A stretch of DNA of 63,642 nt, the filler included, from Phoronis australis (lineage: Eukaryota; Animalia; Phoronida): assembly GCA_002633005.1 (NCBI GenBank). It is 6 parts of 6 records of this genome, joined end to end, with 100 filler letters (N's around TTAATTAATTAA, not from the genome) between each part and the next. Parts side by side here need not be neighbours in the genome. Positions count along the whole stretch, not along the records: positions 1 to 27,876 come from NMRA01000278.1; 5 more parts are not named here. One strand, 5' to 3'. Each line of letters starts with the position of its first letter. The stretch's first letter is position 1. Below the pieces are notes generated by a model. It worked only from the letters and a program-made list of their open reading frames with translations. It made no database searches and was not told the origin of the DNA. This document shows positions 12,993-25,211 of the stretch, in pieces. A program made the position numbers and the translations under genes.

Positions 12993-14551
12993 CTAAAAAA
13001 CAAACATCCTTTCATTAAATACAATTTAAGATTTTTGGTATCCTTAAAACCTCGATGAAACTAGTCAACATTTTTTGAAAGCTAGCGCTCCTTCAAACAG
13101 ACACTGGAACTGCATTAATTGTCAAACAAAGGTTATAAAATGCATCCTCTGACCTTGCCAATTAAAAGCAAACATATCATAACAGTCAAGTATTACATAA
13201 AGTGTAACTGAGTTAAATTTACCTTTCAACAATCCACAAGTCAAAAATTTTATCCACACACCGACAATTATTCAATTATTAAAAAGAAATATTTTTGTAA
13301 CAAAAATGAGCAAGCCCTGACAATGAAAAGTGGAAAATTGAATATTCAATCAACCTACTAATCATCAAGGAGTGGAGCTAGGGTGAGGGAAATGATTTAA
13401 GGTCGACGTAATTGCCAACTTTTTGAAAAGTAATTAACTCACAATGCTGCATTCCAAAACTTGACTGTTGCAAAACTTTGCATTCCAAATTTCATGTATT
13501 AACATGTACATTTGTTTTAAGAAGTATCCGTTAAAAACATCACAAAACAACAGAAACATTTATTGAAACAAAACCTGGTAATTCTTTAAATCTTAATTTG
13601 CAGTGCATAGCCTGTAATCCTTAAAATTTACTGTTCTCTGACAGAGTCCACTTAAAACAATGTACAAAGAACTTACATATAAAAAGAAATAAAAGACGCA
13701 AAACAAAAATACAAATTTAAAGAAAATAAATAAAAATATTAAATACCTGTGCATTATATATATATATATATATGTATATGTAAAAGTATATACATACCAA
13801 TAAATGAAAAATACCGTGAACACGTCACAAGTAGAACTACTAATTTAAGGAAACTATTGAAGAGATACATTAAATTACATTAGAAATTAATTCAAATGCA
13901 TAGTCAGTGATACTACTTACTTTGAGCTATTAATATCAGACACTTTCGACGAAGCTTGTCTAAAATCAAATAAAACACTATTAAAAGAAATGCATCACAT
14001 CATGTTCAAGTTCATGGATTAATTTAAAGTTCATAATATTTTTTTGGACAAAATAGTGACAAGAGTGCATTTCGACGTGATCCTGAGCAGTGTGGCTATG
14101 TACAGACTGTGTTTTGATTTGTTTGATCTGATGCAGTAGCACTACTTTGCCCTGAAGGTGGTTTGTTTGCAATAAACTGAAACTTTGGATTTGGATATGT
14201 CAATCTTCACGTATGCGCTTGTGATCAGACTCTTGTTACAAGTTTGTAGTAACACAAACTTGAAACAGTCTATGGGCATTAAAATTGTCAATGAGATGGT
14301 TTTCACAAGTTTTGATTTGATTGAAGGGTATTTTTCCTGAAATTTCTTTGGACAAGCACAAGTACTGTTTCTTCCTGACCAAATATTTTCATTCACTTTC
14401 AGACGACTTCAAATATTTAAAGAACACACTATCTCAAAGTCTCAAACTGTGGAATCCAAAACACAGGCTGTTTGCCATTTACGTATTAAAACCAGTTATC
14501 ATATTTCAGTTAAATTAACAACAGATCACGTGATAGAGGATTTAAACTTAC

Positions 14552-14774
14552 CGTCTGCGACAAAGGAAGACTGTAAGCGCCATGATAGCCACCAAGAGAA
14601 TGGCTACAAGAACCGCTACACCAGCGGCGACACCTGTCAGCATTCCACTAATTGTGGCATCAGCAGCTCCTCTATTAAACACACATTCGTAGTAGCCAAG
14701 ATAGTCTTTACATTGGTGATAGCTTGGGCATGGGTTTGATGCACACTCATCAATCTCCAAGTGACAATTAATAC
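14552..14774 (-). CDS. Gene B calcium-binding EGF + transmembrane exon
   Basis: INCHLEIDECASNPCPSYHQCKDYLGYYECV (cbEGF-like), then the hydrophobic stretch GVAAGVAVLVAILLVAIMALTVFLC and RRR stop-transfer. ttgtag acceptor, CG|gtaagt donor. Confidence 0.9.
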
Positions 14775-15434
14775 CTACAACAGTTTTATGAATGATTGAC
14801 AATTCTTCACTTATGCACGAGGACAATAATTGCCAAAACTGAAATTTTTTAATTTTCAAAAAATAAAAATGCAAGTCTTGTTTCATGTCATCTGGCGTAG
14901 ATTTTTAGGTGTAAAGCAATGCTCAAAGCAAACTAGACAGATTTCGACAGAACTCTGCCAAGCTTGGTCAGATTTGTGGGAAATCATCTACGGTCACTCT
15001 GTTGTCATTTTTCATATACAATGTGAGGTGGTGTCCTGCTTGTGAATATCTGGTGAAGACACAGATAACTTTTCTGCATTAGTGTGCAATGAACACATCG
15101 AGATTCACCACATGCAGATTTCAGTTGTCTAGTTACATTACACCAAGCGGCCATATTGTAAAAAGTAGAGACACATTGAGCTGTGAAGTCATTATATGTC
15201 AAAGAAGCACAATTATAATGAAACTGATACCAATGTCTATAGAATATAGAGTTCTTTGTTACCGATGAACTTTATAAGGAAATATAACATTTTGCTTTAT
15301 TGTTGACACAACTTGGAGAGTAAGGCCAAACTTATAGATTGAATGGAGAAACTATTAAAATATGACTGCATGGTCCAATTAATTGAGTATTTATGAGTAT
15401 TGTCCCATAACAGCTTATACACTTTGTCACTTAA

Positions 15435-17108
15435 AGGAGCATGCCACCCAAAAAACAACCTAATTTGTATCAATTTAGATCGAGTAGTTCTACTCCATAA
15501 CGACATGTACGGTTGCGTTACTTGACACCTGACGGCAGACGGAGGTGTTGAAATTATCCAATGACGTCATCGGTCTCACACGCAGTCTGTTCAGCAGTTC
15601 ACAACACGGGTTACTGGTGTCGGCTTATCGCTTGAAGTCATCGTTTAACACCAATAAATCATCAAATTTCGATGTAAAACCCTTAAGAATACACCAAGTT
15701 CTTATAAAAACGTGTTGTTTTATTTTGCTCTAACGGATTTATTGGTATTTGGACACATTGTAGCCTACAAAGTTCAGCAGGCCAATAAGGCCCGTAGCAG
15801 GAGTTTGGGTTCTGTTCGGAGATAATTTCGAAGTATTTTCCCTGAGAAACAGACAGGAGAACCTAAATTTGTGTTGTTTAGACTTGTGATTTTTTGAGTT
15901 CTAAACACAAAATGCTTGTTATCCTGGCTTGTGGCTCGGAGCCCGATAGGCCCGTCGCGGCCGGCCGGATTGACTCAGTCGTAAGTTATCCCGGCCAGTG
16001 GCTCGGAAACTGATCAGACATCACGAAAAGCCAAAGTTCAGTGGAAACTAAACTTCCAGTCAAGAAAATACTATACTATAGTGAGCCAAAGTAATGTGCA
16101 CGCGATTATGTTGGTGAATTAGTCACGAAACTGCAAATCTACTTACTTGTCAGGGGTTGCGCGAATTCAGGTTTCGCGTTGGCCAAAGCACCGTCAGTGC
16201 AGAAGTTGTACATTGGCAATCATTATTTGAATAATGTAAATGTAAATAAAGATTCCCCTAACACCTGGCCGTGGGATGGAAATCGAGTTGTTTCACAACA
16301 GTTTCTGCCAACAAACACTAAATTAGCATGAGCTCACACGGCCTTGGTGTCCCGTCAATTAGTTTTATTGCACCTAAAGCCGATAACGCAGTGATTTATT
16401 CATTGCTGGCTTCTCAAATCATCTGCACTCACGAACACTCCAAAGGCATTACAACTGCATCTAATGAGACAGACTTTGTTTCAGTTTTATATAAGCATTG
16501 GTTAGGGTGAGAATAATTCATTTATTAATGAGCGTTCTGTTTCAAAATGAATAAATTAATTAACGCCAACATGGCAACTCGCAATCCTGACTTAGGACGA
16601 GCTAGAGCTCATCTGTCCCGACTTCGCAGGTGGATTGTTACGTTTTACAGGCTATCAATTCGAACAGGAATACAGTGATGAAGAAATACTAGAGAGGCGC
16701 CGTGAACAAGCTCAGACAACAGAACGTATGGAGTTATTTGGTAAGCCAGCATTCGTCAGGGATTGTCGATGTCTGCAGGCCACAGACACTGAGATGTTTC
16801 ACTGCCTCATACTTGCTATTTACAGCGTACATTTCATTCTTCACTACCATGAGCCACTTCTTAAGCAAAAAACGATATACCCGCTTTTCTCACAGCTGCT
16901 TAGTTCAGACAAGCGGGAACGATGCACCACAACATAGCGGCATTCACTCTGCATATGAACCACTGACGTCGCTAGCGTCGTTTCTTACCTTCCTCACAGG
17001 TTAACGCGACACCTCTTGGCAAGGTAAGATCGACCATGTGCGAGGCGATGTGGATAAAGATCGATTAAGACGGCAAAAACGACTAATCAAATCGGGTGGC
17101 ATTCACCT
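15435..17108. mobile_element. Non-autonomous Kolobok-type DNA transposon
   Basis: TTAA TSD at 15431-15434 and 17109-17112; AGG...CCT termini; TIR aggagcatgccaccc / aggtgaatgccaccc. A second partial copy lies at 57236-57908. Confidence 0.8.
16571..16810 (+). pseudogene. Frameshifted remnant resembling the N-terminus of the Kolobok accessory (KolX / P2X7 ballast-like) gene
   Basis: ccaacATGG start; FTGYQFEQEYSDEEILERRR resembles the PYxFEP-acidic motif; followed by a gtaagc donor and a CxC remnant. Confidence 0.45.
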
Positions 17109-17220
17109 TTAAGGTTATGTATGGCACATAAAATGTCCAAATTTGGCAAGCACACTTACGGATAAGGCCCTACATTACCTATTAACCATTGATACTGGAA
17201 ACAATGTGCAAAATACTTGC

Positions 17221-18381
17221 CCGTGTACCCCAGTTCACATGAGCAGGAATAACCGTTGTCATGGAAACCAAAAGCACGGTCCTTGGTGGTACAATTGGGA
17301 TCTCCGGTCGCTGGAGGACAGTAGTCTTTCACACAGGTGGCTCTGTGATCTGTACAGTTGCCAGGGTCACACAGCGGAGGACAATTACCAGGGTCACATG
17401 GGTAGCATTCCACCTCCTCACATGGTTCAGTGCAATTGCCACGGACACAATCAGTGCAATTTCCAAGGTAACAGCCGTCACACGTTCCCAGGGTGCAATT
17501 GTGGCAGCCTACTGCAGTGCAATTGGCAGGACAACTGGTGTTCAAGCTGGTGTTGAAACACGGCGCACATTCTGGTAACACTGTGCAGTTGGTATGGCAA
17601 GTTCCTGGACTGCATCCAGTACAGTTACCAAAGTCACAGTTGGCAGAACAGTTACCCTTGATACAGAACTCCTCTGAGCAGTTGCCACGGATACAGTCTG
17701 TGCAGTTGCCCTGGTAACAGCTATCACATGTACCCAGTGTACAGTTGTTGCAACCAATAGCGGAACAGTTTGCAGGACAGCTGCCGTTTAAGCTACTATT
17801 GTAACATGGCGCACACTCTGGCCAGATTGTACAGTTAGAATGGCAGGTTCGTGGCATGCAACTTGTGCAGTTACCAAAGTCACAGTCCGCAGAACAGTTA
17901 CCCTTGATACACGACTCTGTGGGGGGCTCTGGAGCATCTGTACAGTTACCACGGATACAGTCAGTGCAGTTGGCTGGACGACAAGCATCACACGTTCCAA
18001 GTGTACAGTTGTTGCAGCCAAGCAGGGTACAGTTGGATGGACATGTTCCATTCAAGCTGGCATTGAAACACACAGCGCACTCTGGCAGACTGGTGCAATT
18101 AACATGGCATGTTCTTGGAGAACATCCTGTACAGTTGCCAAAGTCACAATCTCTGGAGCAGTTTCCTTGAATGCAGGCTGCAGACAATACCTGTTGCTTA
18201 GGGCATTTCTTGGGAGTACATGGAATACTGCAGTTGCCTGGGTTGCAGGGGGTGGAGCAGTTGCCAGGGTTACAAGGAAGGCTACAGTTGCCTTTGATGC
18301 AAGGAGGTTTGTATATTGGTGGTCCGGAGCAGTTGCCATGGACACAGGGGTTGTCGCGGACATAGATATTCAGGTAAACAA
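17221..18381 (-). CDS. Gene B large Cys-rich exon: split EGF-like module with three 79-aa Cys/N-glycan repeats
   Basis: ttttacag acceptor at 18382. The frame is open from VYLNIYVRDNPCVHGNC to GYSCSCELGYT. The G|gcaagt (GC) donor gives the phase-1 join to GINC. Confidence 0.85.
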
Positions 18382-19785
18382 CTGTAAAACAAAAAACATT
18401 ACACTATGAATACCTGCCACATATTAATTCACACTAATAAATGTAAACTTTCACAGGTCCACCAATGTGTAACAATAAAGTAAGTTGGAGGAGGTTTAGA
18501 CCACCTACAAGAGCTCCACCTAGTGGAAGTGTTACCTTCAATTACTTTGGAAATTGAATTGCACACACATGCCTGCATGAGAGATGAGAGTGGGTATTCA
18601 TCAACAAACCAGCAAACAAGATAAAGGTGTTTGAGGACATTGAAGGGAAGGGGGATCCCCCTCTAGAAAAAGTTACAACAATAACCTCATTTCCTGTGAC
18701 CTGAGCTATAGGTAAATAAAAATTATGTTGTATTTTTCCATATGTACATGGAGATGTGTATCAAATCAATAGAAGTAATGTTTGAATTCAAAATGAAGTC
18801 CCATTCTACATTAGAATTCAGGATCAACAGAAATGATGGCAAAACTAAATTCACATTATCATATAAAAAAATTGCAGGCGGTCTGATACACGTTGTACCA
18901 GACCTGTGCAGGCCTCGCCTATGGGCCCATTGCACTAATCACCTGGAAACATTTTTATGCTTTATTAATATATGGTTAAAGCCGAGCTGAGGAGCTAGGA
19001 ACCTGGCTCAAGGGTTTAGTAGTGTGACGTGGTGGGACTTGAACCCACCTCCTCACATTATCAACTAAAACTCTGAAGTTTTGCGGAAACAGTACGACTC
19101 AAAACAGTCGTCTTGATCGTTAGTTAATTACATCATCACAAACAGTACAATGCTTTTCCCGCAACGTGAGTTTCTTAACAAAATCGCTGATGGTAACAGC
19201 CACGGATTCATACTTACCCAACTAAAAGTTACCATACCCTTATGACCCACCTAAACTTGCTCTTAATACCAGCATCAATTTCACATACCTTTGCATAATT
19301 GAGCATTTTGAATAAACAAGCTGACATGAAACAGAAAGGCATTGATGAAGAGCAGCGAATGAACATGCACAACATGTGGATACTTTTCTAGCACTGTTAC
19401 GATTGGCTATCATGCTTACAATATCCATGTTTTGGCAAAAATGTTGTAGGAATTATAAATTATTGTCAAGTATCATGAAGGAACATACCCCCACTCCCTT
19501 CAATAAATGAAAAAAATTCTCAGCAGATTTTGTACAAAATGAAAAGTTCGATTTTTACTCATAAAAAGCAGAGATCTGCAGAAAAGGGAGCAATAGCCAA
19601 CATTTTCTAGCTCCGACAGTTTGTCGATTTTCTCCAAAATGAAAATATGTCAACTTTTTTGAAAACTATATTACAGGAAATGGTCCTACATGACAGTCAC
19701 ACTTGACGTTAGCATGGTGCATGCATGAACATTTTCACCTTAATTTGACTTTAAATCATGAACTTCACAATAGAACATTACTTAC

Positions 19786-20089
19786 TTCCAGAATAGACAT
19801 CATCTTGGTCAACAGCCATAATTCCCATCGTTAGGTTGCCATAGTAATTCTCAGGGAAAGTGACCTTGACCTCGACGGCATACCATGTGGTCACGTAAGA
19901 CATGGTGAAGGGGACCTTGATGTGTTTCTTGATATTGTCAAAGTCTTTCACTTCCCTTGTCTCTAGCTTGAACTGCGTCGCATTCAAACCGGACTCGTCA
20001 ATCTTTATCGTGAAATTATTGTTAGCATCTACATCGTAGACTAGTACTTTCCCGAACGTGACGCTGGTAATCTCATTCTCGACTATGAC
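19786..20089 (-). CDS. Gene B cadherin-like exon (VIVENEITSVTFGKVLVYDVDANN...PENYYGNLTMGIMAVDQDDVYSG)
   Basis: ttacag acceptor and A|gtaagt donor. DVD and AVD motifs are cadherin-like Ca-binding motifs. Confidence 0.8.
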
Positions 20090-20739
20090 CTGTAAACAGC
20101 ATGACTACTTGTTAACAGCAGGTCACATTTCACAAAGTTATTCTAAAGCAGCACAATATTATTGTCCACTGACAGTAATCTCACCAATCTTGGACAAACA
20201 TAATAGCCAAAACGTCCTTGTTGATTTTTCAAAGGCTTCTAGCATTATTGTGACCGCCCACAATTTTTAAACCTTTGTCTGATGGTAGCTTTGGCATAAA
20301 ATTTGAGGGAATGCAAGTAACTTGGCGCAACATAGGTCGCATTGAAAAAAAGAATACTTCTTAATCATTAGTCCGCCATGCTGTGCCCTAAATTTGGGGG
20401 ATTTTACCATATTCCTACTTAAACAACAAGAGCAACGCAGAGCGTTGAAATGCGCCCACAATTGCACCGCATACGGTATCCTTCTAGGGTTGTTTATTGG
20501 TACCATAAAGTGGCCAGTAGAGGGCATATATGTAGTATGTTGTACTTTGCAAACTGGAAAGGTAAGGTCATTGTCTCCTCAATAGGCTAGGGGCAAAATG
20601 TGAGCACATCCTATACACCAGTTGCTTAAAGCACCACAGAAACATAGAATTAAAAACAAATTTACCAACATACGAGATTAGCACAGCATTAGAAAGCCAG
20701 AAACAAATTTCTACTTGGAACTTTTCCTTCATAGTCACG

Positions 20740-21615
20740 AAGCAACACAAAGTATACACCTGAATACCTATGAAAATACAGAGGTCAATGTAAAATACTA
20801 AAATTGCCACTAGAGGCATACCGGTAGTCAGAATCATCCTAAAGACATCATCGTCCGTTGTCAACATCACATAAATACACTTGCTAAATTTAGTAAAGAT
20901 CCTGCAAATGGTTTGGGAGATACAGCCATGGGCGCAAAAAAAACTGTCACTAGGAGGTGCCACAGTAATCAAAGTCATGGGAAATTCAGCGTCAACCGTC
21001 CTCTTTATAGTAAGAACATACATGCCAATTTTCACAATCATACTTACAGCGGTTTGGTTGATAGAGGGGTGGACGCCAAAAAACAGACTAAAAAACAGTA
21101 AAAATGGCCACTGGGTGTCGCAAACTAGGTTGAATCCATCCGAAAACGGGAGGATAGCGTCATCGCACTAATAGGTGCCTATATACCAAATTTTATGAAA
21201 ATCCGTTAAGAACTTGTGAGGATACGGAGGTAAACGTAAAAAAATAAAATTGCCACTAGGGGGCACACCGGTAGGCGGATCCGTCCAAAATTCGTCATCG
21301 TCTGTTGTTAACATAATAAATTTCGTAAAGATCCTGAGAACGGTTTAGGAGATACAGCCTTAGGCGCAAAAAAAAACTGCCACTAGGAGGCGCCACAGTA
21401 GTCCAAATNCGGATCCGTCCAAAAGTTCGCACATGCCGTCCCATTCATAGATGGAACATATGTGCCAAATTTCATGAACGTATGTCAAAGGGTTTTGGAG
21501 ATAGAGCAGCGGACGCCGAACGCCGGACACCGCACGCCGGACGGACGCCGCCCGGACGGACGGACGGAGATGACGGCATAATGCATCCACATATAAATAT
21601 GTGGGCGCATAAAAA
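20740..21615 (-). mobile_element. Helentron-associated interspersed element (HINE / DINE-1-like)
   Basis: On the minus strand: T-run head ttttTATGCGCCCACATATTTATATGTGG (palindrome), a (GTCC/CGTC)n microsatellite, then ~140-bp central repeats. The same head recurs at ~52999-53033. Confidence 0.75.
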
Positions 21616-22320
21616 TTAAAGAAATAGAAAAAATTGACAAATATTCTTGATATTCATCTGGCTTCGTCGAAGTTATGACAAAAAAATCAACCAGAAATGC
21701 AGACGAAAAATGAAACTAAAACCTTTGAAAAATAACCAGAGCTTTTTGCTTAATGATTTCACAGTCAAAAGAAGATTTTTCGGCATTTTTTCTGGCAACT
21801 ACTGCATGCTGAATAATTAAGAGTAATCAACTTCAAAGTTTCATGCCAAGGTAATAGAGATAAGACCAAATAATATAAAAACAAATAAAATGAGACCTGC
21901 GTCCATATCAATTTCACTTTTAATATAAGTTGCACAAAAAATGCTCAGCAAGGTTTGAAATGATGTGATTTGACAAGTGATGAGCAAAACAAACAATTAA
22001 TACAAAAGTTATGAAAACGATTTTGTGCAGGATAGTGATCTAATTTTGATTTTTGTTAACCACAATAAAATGATGGTTGCAACTATAGATTCTAATTTAC
22101 ATGCAATGCAGTTACCTTTACACTGACCTACTTTTGATAAAACTGACCTCCAATTGAGAAGAGCGTTTGAAATCTACTATGCATCTTGAAATACTTGTAA
22201 TATTTCAGAAAGCATGGTGACACAGCTGGGTGTAAATGTCGTCCAAAGAATATGCTAACGGTGCGCCCACACATACTAAACTACTGAGAGAAACACGTCC
22301 ACACAAGCAGCCATACTCAC

Positions 22321-22463
22321 ATCATACTTAGTGTCTCCGCCTCCCTCTGTGATATAGGTCTGGTGTTCGTCAAAGTCGTTTGGTGCAAAGTAGAGGATTG
22401 GTTCATCGTTGTCATTGATGACTTGTATGGATATGTTGGTGTAGACCACATTGGGTGTAATGT
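22321..22463 (-). CDS. Gene B exon (DITPNVVYTNISIQVINDNDEPILYFAP...GDTKYD)
   Basis: attgtag acceptor and gtgagt donor; cadherin-type linker V-x-x-x-N-D-x-P; phase 1 to phase 0. Confidence 0.8.
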
Positions 22464-23356
22464 CTACAATTTGAAAATTTATTTTTCATTAACTGTTATT
22501 TAACCTGGGACGAAAATCCAAATAATTTTACTTTTTAAAGTAATCGGATACTTCTGTTAACAAGGACTGAATTTCTTAAACAAAACTTTTAATAAAAGTA
22601 ATAACTCTAGACCCATCAACAGAAAGCAATATTTTGAAAACTTCATTATCGTATAATCTTACAATGAAATGCGCAGGTGTTCAGAATCATATGACTGCTT
22701 TTTTTAAAATGAGATTTTTCAAGGTCATCAAATATTTCACACATTTTTGCATGATACTTGACAATTAATTATCGTTATTTTACCACAAATAAAAGCAGTA
22801 ACATGATTCAAAACATCTGAACATTATTTTTGTGCGTGCAAATATTCTGCGACCACCAAGGATTTTGTAAAATAGCTTAATAAAAGGTCAGATTGCTTAC
22901 ATGTTAAGTATTCTACTGTTGGCAAGTTTCCAATTTGTTAAATACATTCTTTTGGAGACCGGAAACAGTTTGTTGACACATTTAGCACTTGGAGTGGATG
23001 ACTGAATTCAACAGAATGTCACAAACCTCAGAAAATGAGTTTTCAAAAGACTCCTGATCAGACTGCATGCAAAGTGTTTTCATGACAACATTACAGACAG
23101 TATGAGTATTACTTAACAGTCATTAAATATTGTATAACAGTAATGGTTCTTCAGGCGTACTGAAAAGTCTCCTTTGAGAAACAAAAATTAACATTTTTTA
23201 TATGTAATCAGAGATCTAGGTCAGATTAGTTACCCTTGATGTTAATTTCCAACCATGAAACCACGTCTAACCCAATCTTCTAAAGAGTATGTTGAAACCA
23301 ATTTTTTACACTTGTCTGGTAATATCTGATTATATAGTTTTTGATTCTTAACATAC

Positions 23357-23570
23357 CACTAGGCATGTTGACCTCATTCAAGGTCACGTTAATGATGTCA
23401 TCAGTGGCGAAGTCCTCATAAGGTTTGTATCGTACTGTACAGCAGCCTATTACAGACGCAGTACCATGGGGAGGCTGATTGGTGATGTTCATCTGGACAC
23501 GGTCCCCCTCTGTGTCTTTGTACTCCAATGTTAACGTGGCCTCAAAGTCTTCATAGACTTTGAATGGGTT
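23357..23570 (-). CDS. Gene B cadherin-like / Big_9-type Ig exon
   Basis: NPFKVYEDFEATLTLEYKDTEGDRVQMNITNQPPHGTASV...YKPYEDFATDD (ED..D.EGD..P.HGT..Y.P..DF pattern). ctcacag acceptor, G|gtatgt donor. Confidence 0.85.
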
Positions 23571-23638
23571 CTGTGAGAATATATTATCATGACATTGTTT
23601 GTAGTGACTAAGTACAAGTAGCAAAGACCCACGGCAGG

Positions 23639-23846
23639 CAGTGTACATCATGAAACTGTTGCACGGTGCTGCAGTTTTCCAATGACCCACACAGTGTACA
23701 TAATGAAACTGTTGCACGGTGCTGCAGTTTTCCAATGACCCACGCAGTGTACATCATGAAACTGTTGCACGGTGCTGCAGTTTTCCAATGACCCACGCAG
23801 TGTACGTAATGAAACTGTTGCACGGTGCTGCAGTTTTCCAATGACC
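23639..23846. repeat. 53-bp minisatellite x4 (degenerate 5th copy to ~23891)
   Basis: cagtgtacatcatgaaactgttgcacggtgctgcagttttccaatgacccacg. Confidence 0.95.
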
Positions 23847-24068
23847 CGGGCTGTGCACATCATAAACCTGCTGCAGGCACTCTGTTTTCCAAAAGTTGAC
23901 CTTAAAAGTACGATATTAAAGGACAGCATTCTCCCAAGGTTTTAACATAAACTTATAAATTTATTCAGAAAGTTGTACAAGAACAGCATGGCAGCTAAGT
24001 AGTAGTACTTTTAATTTTACACCATTATGCGAGGTGTAGGGTACGCACGCTATTAGCATCCCTTTTAA

Positions 24069-24967
24069 AGGTTAAAGCAACCCATTTTCATGTCTTTTTT
24101 AGCAAAAATAAGGTTCGTTGGTTATCTCAGACATAATTACCACTTAAATACATGTTTTAGTAATTTAATTAATTATACGTTCTCTACTCTGGAAGTGACG
24201 TTTTGGGAGGCAAGAATTTTGCGCCAATTTCTTTCCATATAGTCTGACTGTGAGAGCTGCCGAGTCAGTCATTGTTCTATCTCAGTTGTGATAAGTTCAG
24301 TCGTCATTTGCTATTGTTTACGAGTCAGTGAATATGCCATACTGTTGTTGCGTACCGGGATGTACTCATTATCGTCTCACAGACTGAGGAACAACAATCC
24401 CACTTGCCCGAGTGTACCGCGACACACTCCCACTGGATAGTGACCTGAGCACACAAACTGCTTACACCCTGCCCGGTGACTCCCTCGCCAGACACCCGGC
24501 ACCTTCTAAATAGCTCCAATACTTTAGACAAGTCCACAATAAACTTATCAAAGTTTGGCTCATCAATCTGTTCATTGAACGACGAACTGTACTCTTCACT
24601 GACAGGACCTGTATTCACTCCCACTACTCAACATCGCAGCAGGGCTGCTTACAGGCTTTGGGCGATAATGAGTACATCCCGGTACGCAGCAACAGTGTGG
24701 CATGTTGACTGACTTGTAAACAAAAGCAAACGACGACCGAACTTATCACAACCGAGATAGATCAATGACTGACTCGACAGCTCTCATAGTCAGACTATAT
24801 AAAAAGAAATTGGAGTGAAATTCTTGCCTCCCAAAACGTCACTTCCGGAGTAGAGAACGAATAATTAATTAAATTATGAAAAGCTGAAATTGAGTTGAAA
24901 GTATGTCTGGGATAACCAACAAATCTCATTTTTGCTAAAATTGACATGAAAAAGGTTGCCTTCACCT
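24069..24967. mobile_element. Fold-back Kolobok-type element: ~305-bp inverted arms around a transposase-gene fragment
   Basis: TTAA|AGG left end and CCT|TTAC right end; arms 24069-24374 and 24664-24967. The centre encodes KFIVDLSKVLELFRRC...GxxxSLCAQVTIQWECxxxHSGKW on the minus strand. Confidence 0.75.
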
Positions 24968-25149
24968 TTACACAAATTAAAGATAGATAATGAGAAATCT
25001 GTTGAATTTCTTCAATATCACATGGTCAGCCAGACTCAGGTTCTATCCAATACCAGTCTCACTAGGGGCCAGTCATCAATAGAGTGACTCTATTCACTAG
25101 GTCAAGCAGTGAGGGTAAATACTGTTCCTTATCAGATTATGTAAGATCA

Positions 25150-25211
25150 TAGAAGCCCAGAAACATCCAAGCTGTATTTTTAGAAGCCCAGAAACATCCA
25201 AGCTGTATTTT
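25150..25211. repeat. 31-bp tandem duplication
   Basis: tagaagcccagaaacatccaagctgtatttt x2. Confidence 0.9.

Noticed and set aside
17143-18409. Plus-strand ORFs opposite the Cys-rich exon
   Set aside because: Antisense shadows of a repetitive coding exon, with no splice or domain support.
19030-19052. tRNA gene (B-box-like ggttcaagtccc on the minus strand)
   Set aside because: No A-box or cloverleaf; more likely a SINE fragment.
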